In this document: positions 37,191 through 45,105 of the stretch, one piece after another | Layout of the letters: every line of letters starts with the position of its first letter | Numbering within the stretch: the first letter of the stretch is position 1 | Assembly: GCA_044892505.1 (NCBI GenBank) | Contig: CM097882.1 | Location: forward strand, 283,978,896-284,024,000 | DNA from: Schmidtea nova | Taxonomy: Eukaryota | DNA: 45,105 nt | Direction: 5' to 3' | Notes under the pieces: model-generated | The model's database searches: none | Seen by the model: the letters and a program-made list of their open reading frames with translations, nothing else | Told to the model about the DNA's origin: nothing | Program-made: the position numbers and the translations under genes

Positions 37191-38570
37191 TTGAGAACAG
37201 GAGTAAAGAGTGTCGTAATAAAGCCAACAGAAAAGAAAGTCGGCAGTGAGAGTAACAAAAAAGACAAAACTAGTACTACCACAAAATCAGCAAAAAAGCA
37301 GAAAGCCGGCAAAGATAACAACAAAAACCCACAAGGGAGTAAAGCGAGGAAGATAATAAGAGACAAATCGATTATCGAAAACGATAAATTGTCAGTAGTA
37401 AGCAACAGCTCAAGTAACAAAGAAAACCAAGCGGAACCCAAGGAGAACCAAACAAGTGAAATAGAAATCGACGAAACTAACAACGATAATATCGAAGAAG
37501 TAGAAAACGAGGTAGAACCAGAGGTAGAAATCAACGAGAGTGATAACGAAAGTATAATATCGGATAACGAAGTAATAAGAGAAACAGAAAGCGACTCAAG
37601 CTCGAGTGAAACAGAAGACGAACATAACAACGAACTAGAAACAAGAGGAAACGAAAGTAAAATAACTCAAGACAGCGGAATTGAAATGGGTGAACCAAGA
37701 GAAGAAATAAAGGATAAATTTTCAGGAGAACCATTTAACGGAGATGCGAGTAAATTAGAAACTTTTCTAAAGGAATTTGGCATATTCGTGGAGGTATGCA
37801 AGTGGAAAGCTGAAACAACAGTAAGCAGAATTCAGTTATATTTGAAAGATAGTGCATTGGACCTATATTTGGAAGCGAAAAATGGTACCAATCCACCTGC
37901 AAATTGGACAGCGATAAAGGATTTTTTCCAACAAACCTTTGGAATAAATAAAGTGCTAAGCGAGGCATTCATAGAATTTTCAATGAGGAAACAGAAGATG
38001 AATGAGTCTAACGCGGTATACGCGAGCGAACTGAAAAAATTAGCAAAATCGGTATTCAAGGATGGGGGTCCAATAAACGAGGAACTAATGGCAGCCATCT
38101 TCATAGGAGGATTAAGAAGACCCGACATAAGAGCGCAAGTGGGATGCCAAGGATGCAAAACCATAGATCAAGCGTTAGAAACAGCTAACCGATTCGAATT
38201 GCACATGATAGGAAGCGAGGGCAGAATTTACTTAGCCATGGACACAGCGCAAACCGAACAAGAGGTAAATCTCAACAATCACATCCCAAATTCGCAACAG
38301 TTAAACCGACCACCCCCTCAACGAAGGAATGAAGGAAATAAAGTGCAGAACTTTGGAAACCAAAACAATTACAACCCTCAAGGACAAACAAAACAATGTA
38401 AAACATGTGGAAAGTTGGGACACTGGCAGCAAGAATGCTATCAAAATTTGAATTGCGGAAAATGTGGGGTCAAAGGACATTCGGAGAGTAGATGTTCTAC
38501 GATAACCTGTTTTAATAGCGGACGACCTGGTCACTACTCAAGAAATTGTGGACAAAAAAGTAATCAGTGA
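37191..38570 (+). CDS. gag: Polyprotein segment 1: acidic N-terminus, Ty3/Gypsy Gag capsid, three CCHC knuckles
   Basis: PFNGDASKLETFL..LYLKDSA..W..IKDFF..KQKMNESNAVY..FIGGL; CKTCGKLGHWQQEC, CGKCGVKGHSESRC, CFNSGRPGHYSRNC (38397-38549); true start codon unresolved. Confidence 0.92.
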   Translation: MRTGVKSVVIKPTEKKVGSESNKKDKTSTTTKSAKKQKAGKDNNKNPQGSKARKIIRDKSIIENDKLSVVSNSSSNKENQAEPKENQTSEIEIDETNNDNIEEVENEVEPEVEINESDNESIISDNEVIRETESDSSSSETEDEHNNELETRGNESKITQDSGIEMGEPREEIKDKFSGEPFNGDASKLETFLKEFGIFVEVCKWKAETTVSRIQLYLKDSALDLYLEAKNGTNPPANWTAIKDFFQQTFGINKVLSEAFIEFSMRKQKMNESNAVYASELKKLAKSVFKDGGPINEELMAAIFIGGLRRPDIRAQVGCQGCKTIDQALETANRFELHMIGSEGRIYLAMDTAQTEQEVNLNNHIPNSQQLNRPPPQRRNEGNKVQNFGNQNNYNPQGQTKQCKTCGKLGHWQQECYQNLNCGKCGVKGHSESRCSTITCFNSGRPGHYSRNCGQKSNQ

Positions 38571-39860
38571 GGAAACTGGCAGAATAATGGAAACCGGCAA
38601 AATTACGGAAATCAAACAAATACCGTAAACCGACAAGATTATGGAAACCAACAAGTCCATAATAACCATAATCAGAACAAAACTACCACCAAAGAAATAC
38701 ATTTGATGCAAGAAGTCCAAAGGTTGACGGAACTTATAAACAACACGACGAGAGGAAATCCACAAACCAATCCACAGCAAATTAGTATGATGAGAAAAAT
38801 AGAAAGCGAAAACGAACGATTGAATCGAGAAAGTCAAGCACTACACGCTCAGGAATGGGCAAGAATACAAAGAGAAGATGAACAAAAACAGCAAGAAAGA
38901 GAGCGACAACCTCTAAGAATTAACATGTTGAGAGCAACAAATCAAACAGATACCCACGAGAAAGAAACCACATTAGAAATAAATTCGAATCCAACCGACA
39001 ATGGAAGTCGAAAAGGAGTAATACAAGACGATAAGGAAGCAGAAAAAGAAATAGAAAAGGAAGTAGAAACTGAGATAAACCAGGAAGAGAGGAGGAAAAT
39101 TTGGAAAAAAGGAATGATGGTAATCATGCCCAACAACCATATGTTTCGATTCCAATATAACACAAAAGAAGAGGTGGCAATACTGTTTAACAAAGTAAAC
39201 CAAATGGTTCCAGGAGTAACAAAACTGCCCAGAGAAGCGTTCCTACAAATAGACGGTGCGCCAGAAGTAAAGTTGAAATTAACGGATATATGGGAAAACA
39301 TGGGAGTAGTAGAAACAAAAAGAAACGTGATGATTATCAAAGAAATAGAACCAGAGAAAATCCCAGCACCAGTGCGTCACGAAACCCGAATCAGTCGAAT
39401 ATTTAAAGGAAAAATGATAAGAAGACGTTTGAAAGAGATAGACGAGTTGGAGAAGAAAATGAGAAAAGTCGAAGTAATAGAGGACAAGAGTGAACCAACA
39501 CCAGAGATTGACAAAAACGAACCAGAACGAACGGAGAATATACAGGGGGAAACGAACCAAATAGCACACATTAATATGTTAAGAAATACCACCAGAGAGT
39601 TTTCCGATGAGGAAGGAGATAGCGATATCAGTAGCCTAGCAGGAGACATATTAAACGAACCCGAAGACGAAAATAAAGAGAGAGAAGTAATAACGACCTC
39701 AGAACCTACACAGATAAAAGTAGATGAAATCCAGAAATTACTAGATAACTCGCTAGACGTAATATATAACGAAGAGTTCATGGACAAGAAACAATACCGG
39801 AAATTCATGAAAGCATTATTACAAATGAACTACAAAGAATGGTTACAAGACCGGAAGTAG
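38571..39860 (+). CDS. Polyprotein segment 2 (in frame with Gag after TGA): N/Q-rich, coiled coil, possible Ubl, acidic
   Basis: 38703-37191 is divisible by 3 and the frame is open from 38571; beta-grasp-like MVIMPNNHMFRFQYNTKEEVAILFNKV..LTDIWENMGV (39111-39338). Confidence 0.75.
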   Translation, partial: GNWQNNGNRQNYGNQTNTVNRQDYGNQQVHNNHNQNKTTTKEIHLMQEVQRLTELINNTTRGNPQTNPQQISMMRKIESENERLNRESQALHAQEWARIQREDEQKQQERERQPLRINMLRATNQTDTHEKETTLEINSNPTDNGSRKGVIQDDKEAEKEIEKEVETEINQEERRKIWKKGMMVIMPNNHMFRFQYNTKEEVAILFNKVNQMVPGVTKLPREAFLQIDGAPEVKLKLTDIWENMGVVETKRNVMIIKEIEPEKIPAPVRHETRISRIFKGKMIRRRLKEIDELEKKMRKVEVIEDKSEPTPEIDKNEPERTENIQGETNQIAHINMLRNTTREFSDEEGDSDISSLAGDILNEPEDENKEREVITTSEPTQIKVDEIQKLLDNSLDVIYNEEFMDKKQYRKFMKALLQMNYKEWLQDRK

Positions 39861-42040
39861 ACATGTTAAATCGATACGTAGGGAAATTAATAGAGGAACC
39901 ACTCCTCAATTACACCATCTCAATAATAATAAATACATCTACACCAAGAATCTGGATCAAAACTCCATTTACAGACGATATCTACAGATGGGTAGAGGAC
40001 AGGCTAGGTAGTTCATATAAAAACAAATTCATCTATTCGCAGAATAGACTCGTAAAGAAAAGAACGCATTTAGTAGAAACAGGTATATGGCCAGGAGAAG
40101 TAACCCTGTTATCAATATGTGATGAAAAGGAAGGAGAGAACCTACAAGAAGTTGCAAAGGAAGCAAACACGTGCTTTGAAAGGAGAATAAAACCACGGTT
40201 AGAATACGAGAAAGGACGAGTCTTACGAAAGAATCTAAATTCCCTGATAGAACAAATCATACCACAAGTCAAAAAACATAGAAAGGAGTTAATGCGAAGC
40301 GAATACGAGAAGCTGAAACGATGCATCGAGTGCATACGTGACACAAGTCACACGAGATGGTCACAGATCTCACACGACAAATTAATCGCAAAAATGGGAA
40401 AAACAATGTTCAGACAAGGGAAAATAACGGATCTAAAAATTTCAGTAGAGTTACCTAATGAGGACACCAAAGAAATTGAAGTGGTAGCAGATTGCACCAT
40501 AAGAGAATTAGTAAAGATCATAAACGAGACACTAGTGCAGACAGAACCAGAAGACGAATGGGAAGACGACATAATCATGAAATATAACGAACATGTATTA
40601 TGGGATCACGATGAGAGACGACTATATAAAATCGGTATATGGGATAATCACCAAACCATCCACGTTATCAGAATGGACGATACACCCAGAGAAACTGCTA
40701 AAGATGAGAAAAAAGAACGGGAACGACAAAAAGAAGTTATACACAAATTACAACAAATAGCAGAAATTTATCGAAATTGGCGGATTTGGCCGGAGTGGGA
40801 AAATGCATTAGAAGAACTCAATCTCAACAGACGAATACGAACATCCGTAGAAAAACAATGGAACGAGCAAGGAAAATGTTGGGAACCAAAAGAAGGGGAA
40901 TATAAAGAAGAATATGAAAGAGGAATGGAAGGTGACTGCGAACCAGAAATGGGAAGGGTTTGCATGGTGACAAGAAAAACTACGCCAATAGATCTAGATG
41001 GACCAGAAACAGCGGCTATATGGTTAGAAAAGGAAAAGCAAAAAACGGAAGAATTAGTCGAAATATTAAAAACTAATGCGCACGGTAAGAGAAAAGTAAT
41101 AAAAGGTCTCGCAGATTTTTTCGTGGTTAATGGAGAAGATGTAACATGCTTGCGTAAAGTAGCAAAAGCAATCGCAGAATATAAAAGAGTCAACGAGTGG
41201 TGTCCGGAACAACTAGACCACGTAATTAGGAAATGGAGAAATCAAGAATACTCGCAAGAAATTCCACAAAAAGTACATTTAAGAATAATATATCCAAACA
41301 AGGATAAGGAAGAATTTTGGGTAGGAATAGCAGAAAAAATTTGAGATATTAAAAAGAAATTGAGATACGAACCACCATTCCATTTACAACACCAAGGACG
41401 ATCACTAGATAACAGTTTGGAAATCTGAATAACGCCAGCACAACTAGATCTCATGAATACCTTGACAGTAGAAGCAATAGCAGGTCAACCATTGAAACGT
41501 AAAGAAGAAAACCATAAACCACACGGAAGTATAAGTACGCCGAGCCCGATGAAATCAGTATTAACGCAAGGGACAAGTTCAAAACGATCTGAGACAACAC
41601 CCAGAGGGAATAGAGAAAGGACTCCACCACAACCATATGACGTGGACGAAATATTAACAGACAGCGACGACATGATAGAAGAGCTAACCAAATTAACAAA
41701 GGAAAAAGACGACAACATTTTCGAAAGAATACAAGAACTACCTACGACAATACAAGTAACCAACACCGGAGAAGCAGAAGTCGAAGATGAAATAATAATA
41801 GAAGAAGTAAACGATTTGACAGAAGACGAAACGAGAGGAGCGAATGTACAATTAACACAAGAAATGGAAAGATGGTTGGAAGAAAGAGCCAACGAACCAA
41901 GAGATGTCACGGAAGAAACCGGACGGGCAACAAGGTTTGTGGAAACAGGTACAGGAATGGATAGACGACCTCGAGGTAGACCCAAGACAGATCCAGCGAA
42001 TGTAGTCATCAGAAATAAGGATGAAAAGAGACAAGATTAA
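39839..42040 (+). CDS. Polyprotein segment 3: ubiquitin-like domains plus acidic linker (two internal TGA)
   Basis: Ubl 40433-40675 LKISVELPNEDTKEIEV..TIRELVKII..IMKYNEHVL..LYKIGI..QTIHVI; weaker Ubls at 39911-40120 and 41273-41455; the frame continues across TGA 41342 and 41426 into ORF 41453. Confidence 0.75.
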
Positions 42041-42520
42041 TGGGAATTATGTTTAAAGAAATTAAATAAAATCGCGGAGATAAAAGAAAAAGAGACAACA
42101 CCAATATGTCAAGGGAAGGAATGGATATCGAAAACAATAATGGAAATATTGGCAATAATTGATCCGGAATTGAGAAAATACTGGCGGATAACTGAGATAA
42201 GCGAAAAGGCGAAGTCATTACACAGCGCAATCGCACCCATCTTACCGGAATTCATAAAAGAGAAAACTAAGTCAAATCATTTAGACTGGCAAGGAACCAC
42301 TACGTTAATAAAGAAACTGACAGAAGGAGCGGAAACAGATAACAAATACGTAATAGCCATTGCATACACTATTTACAACCTACTAACACTGAGTAGAGGT
42401 CGACCAAAACCCACTGCGTTGGAAAGACACATAAAAAATACCGCAAAAATTATAGCCAGAGAAATAGAACCATACATCATTAACAAAGGAGGATGGGAAA
42501 CATTTATCAAAACTAACCAG
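42041..42520 (+). CDS. Polyprotein segment 4: Bcl-2-like domain
   Basis: IKNTAKIIAREIEPYIINKGGWETFIK aligns with Bcl-xL alpha6-BH2 ([28 protein letters not shown]); helical pattern upstream; BH1 NWGR degenerate (DNKY). Confidence 0.7.
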
Positions 42521-42616
42521 AAGAAAACGCAAGCCAAGAACATGAAAAAGAAATTCGAAGAGATATTGGGAGAATTGGAAAAAGAACAAGCAGGAACAGG
42601 AAACGCGAAGTCGTCA

Positions 42617-44545
42617 ATGAACCTGAGTTCAATTATAATGATGATGTTGATATGGATGATTAGCACCGATAGCGCAACAGCGTTCGAAGTATTTGATTGC
42701 GATCAGATGGCATTAGGCGAAAAATATTCATTGCGAGGTACAGAGCAATGTAAGGATGCAACTCCAACGGAACTAAAGACAATACAAAAGAAACAACTCT
42801 ACCATGTGTACCAGGAAGCGGAATTGATAAAAACCATGGTTAGAGAGTGTAAAATTTATAAAACAAGATTCGCTTTCTATTGTGGACACCGTCATTATTC
42901 GGCAATCGTAATGCCAGGAACCGAAAGAGAATCAGTAATGCTGCAAGGAGAAGATTGCGAAAAATTGTTCAGACACGGGGAAATAGAAACAAGAGATAAG
43001 ATAAGATTGAAAGGGAAAGTTGGAGCGATATTACAACAAACCTTATACGTAGCAGCAGCTATCACAGGAGGAGAAGGCTATTGTCAAGGAGAAACCTACC
43101 CTATATTCGGAAAACCAGCAACGAACTTAGTGGTGATTGACACCTACACAGTAGAACTTAAAGCATACGAAGGATTCTTTGACCCAGCGACAGGAGAAAT
43201 GAAAACCCTGCCGATATGTAAGATAGACGCGAATACCTGCCAAACAGGCCTGTCAACTTTAACATACCAAACGCGAGGAAATGAATGTCAATTACAATTT
43301 TTAAAGCAAGCAGAATTCGATGAAATACAAGGAAAGACTTTCCAAGAGGAAGAGGAAGACGAAGTAGCAAGAGGAAAGATTCTCAAAGAAACAGTACAGG
43401 TAGAAGGAAAGATCGAAGCAACACAGGAAAAACAAATCAGAATGAGAAATACCCCAACGGTACTCATCTCCTCGGATGAAGATATAGGAATGAGATTCGT
43501 AAAAGGTAAAACAGCCTTGAAATGCGGAGTATCAATGTTAGAAACCAACTATCCCGGTATCTTCGTATCAAGACAAGATGTACCTAACGCAAAACGTCAA
43601 GTAAACACGAACGATGTTAAACTACACCTCTACGTAAACAATAAAATGGATTTCCTATTTCACAGAGGACAAGCTTCATTACAAAAGGTGTATTACGACC
43701 TTATTAACAACGATTGTATATTGAATAGAGAGATACTGAAAACAAAGTTAGCAGTGGCCATCACCAATCCAGACAGTGCAATGCCACTATTGCCACTAAG
43801 AGAAGGTCATTTTGGAAGAGTAGTTGGTGAAGTTATGTACGTATACATATGCAAAAAGACTAACGCAAAAGTTGCAACGGCGACAAAATTACAACCAGGG
43901 CAATGTACAAACGAATTAGAAATAGAATACAAAGGAAAAGTTAGATACGTACAGCCAGTAAAAAGAATTATAAATCCAGTAAGCTTCGAACCAAACCCTT
44001 TCAATTGCAGCAACGCATACGGACCATTATATCAAAAACCGGATGGAAATTGGGTTATGTTTCCCGCAAGAACGGAAGTACCAGCACCAAGAGAATTCGA
44101 ACTAATGCGATTATCGAAAAGACGAAAATTCAAAGACGTCGATGTAAGCAATATGGGATTTTATAGCGCGAAAGATTTAGAAGCAGCAAGACAAAATATA
44201 CTGTTCCCAGCAAGGAGAGAAGCGGTACTATCCAGTATTGTAACTATAACAGGAGGAACAAATTACCAAGGTGGACCCAATTATGAACTACTTTTATCAC
44301 CAGCTCATTTTAAGAAAGCAACTGAGAATATGATGAAAGCGATGTGGGGAAGGTTTTTGATTTTCGGACAAATGATGGCAGGAATACTTGGTGTCATACT
44401 AATAATACAAATAATACGGGTGGTCATAACACAAATGCTCGCGTGTTTTTATATTTACAAAAGAGAAAAGAAAGTCAACTGGAAATTAGTGTTAGGATTC
44501 TTACCATTTCTGGCTAAAACCATGGTGTTACAGATGAAGAAATAG
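42617..44545 (+). CDS. env: Polyprotein segment 5: internal signal peptide plus chuvirus-like (class III, gB-like) envelope glycoprotein
   Basis: IIMMMLIWMISTDSATA|FEVFDC; LYYDL..C.LNREIL..LA..NPD..GH..VVGEV.Y...C; QP..RII; GFYSAKDL; FPARREAVL; W..FLIFG..AGILGVILII TM; all follow chuviral G patterns. Confidence 0.85.
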   Translation: MNLSSIIMMMLIWMISTDSATAFEVFDCDQMALGEKYSLRGTEQCKDATPTELKTIQKKQLYHVYQEAELIKTMVRECKIYKTRFAFYCGHRHYSAIVMPGTERESVMLQGEDCEKLFRHGEIETRDKIRLKGKVGAILQQTLYVAAAITGGEGYCQGETYPIFGKPATNLVVIDTYTVELKAYEGFFDPATGEMKTLPICKIDANTCQTGLSTLTYQTRGNECQLQFLKQAEFDEIQGKTFQEEEEDEVARGKILKETVQVEGKIEATQEKQIRMRNTPTVLISSDEDIGMRFVKGKTALKCGVSMLETNYPGIFVSRQDVPNAKRQVNTNDVKLHLYVNNKMDFLFHRGQASLQKVYYDLINNDCILNREILKTKLAVAITNPDSAMPLLPLREGHFGRVVGEVMYVYICKKTNAKVATATKLQPGQCTNELEIEYKGKVRYVQPVKRIINPVSFEPNPFNCSNAYGPLYQKPDGNWVMFPARTEVPAPREFELMRLSKRRKFKDVDVSNMGFYSAKDLEAARQNILFPARREAVLSSIVTITGGTNYQGGPNYELLLSPAHFKKATENMMKAMWGRFLIFGQMMAGILGVILIIQIIRVVITQMLACFYIYKREKKVNWKLVLGFLPFLAKTMVLQMKK

Positions 44546-45105
44546 GACGCAAATTTAAAAAGATAATGAATGACGAACAAGCAAGACAACAGCTCAAGAG
44601 AGAAAGAAAAGGTTTATGGGAGAGGATGAAAGGATATAAAACCCAAAATGATTCGAGCGACGACGATGATGACGATGATGACTATAAAGGAGGACAAGTG
44701 TATAAGAACCAAGCACCACAATACATCGAAAAGAACCCAGCTGACGCATGGAAATGTTACGCACCCCCACCAACAATGTATCAAGAACCACTACAAGGAG
44801 GAAGAACGACCACGATGCAAATGATGCCAATGACGAATGTATACCCCATGATACCAGAAGATTATAAAATGAGAAGATGCAGAAGTGTGGATCCACAAGG
44901 AGATACGCATACGATCGCCGTGATGTCATCAAACACAGGTCCAGTACTAACCACGACAATAGAAATTAACGGAAGAGAAATCGAAGCAATAATCGACACT
45001 GGAGCAAATATTTCCGCCATCGACATCAAATGGATACCACAAGAGCAAAGACGGGATATAGAAAGGACGAACGTCCACGTAATTGCATGTAGCAAAGAAA
45101 TTGTA
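44518..45105 (+). CDS. pol: Polyprotein segment 6 (-1 frame): cytoplasmic tail and start of retropepsin; runs off the window
   Basis: Open frame absent from the ORF track (no stop): NHGVTDEEIGRK...GPVLTTTIEINGREIEAIIDTGANISAID; DTG at 44995-45003. Confidence 0.9.

Larger units (their letters stand above)
31846..45105 (+). mobile_element. Giant env-bearing Ty3/Gypsy-type retroelement (5' part; RT/IN expected beyond the window)
   Basis: Probable LTR, tRNA-Pro PBS, Gypsy-type Gag with CCHC knuckles, chuvirus-like Env, retropepsin DTGA; strongly A-rich sense strand from ~35 kb. Confidence 0.88.

Noticed and set aside
38568-41428. TGA stops as evidence of a variant genetic code (TGA=Trp)
   Set aside because: TGG is used freely for Trp, a TAA stop also interrupts the frame, and context favours Gly at these positions
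37115-45095. Many minus-strand ORFs (e.g. 37115-37630, 38942-39340, 41485-42009, 44862-45095)
   Set aside because: Antisense shadows of the A-rich + strand polyprotein; S/L/F-rich with no motifs

Overview
AT-rich animal genomic DNA. The host cannot be determined from this window; composition and content are compatible with a planarian/flatworm-like genome (inference). Bases 2.8-16.2 kb hold four phase-0-linked exons of a lebercilin (LCA5-like) gene. Its introns are filled with DNA transposons: a Tigger/pogo, a Buster fragment, a complete ZNF862-type hAT with 8-bp TSD, and MITEs. 17.4-20.6 kb is a pol-less LTR element whose Gag is preceded by a ubiquitin-like domain ending in LGG. 21-31.6 kb is a graveyard of a foldback element, a Maverick pPolB remnant, a hAT MITE, a PSMA4 fragment, and pogo, mariner and Tc1 remnants. 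The main finding starts at about 31.8 kb and runs off the window end: the 5' part of a very large Ty3/Gypsy-type element. It has a probable ~3 kb LTR carrying two intact ORFs, a tRNA-Pro PBS, an IAP-type RING gene and a 32-bp-spaced CCAAT array. These are followed by what reconstructs as one >2600-aa polyprotein broken by only 4 stops and 2 frameshifts: Gag(3xCCHC) - up to four ubiquitin-like domains - Bcl-2-like domain - internal signal peptide - chuvirus-like (class III) envelope glycoprotein - cytoplasmic tail - aspartic protease. This would be an enveloped retroelement with env placed before pol and with captured apoptosis/ubiquitin modules. All domain calls are by-eye motif comparisons; no database searches were run.
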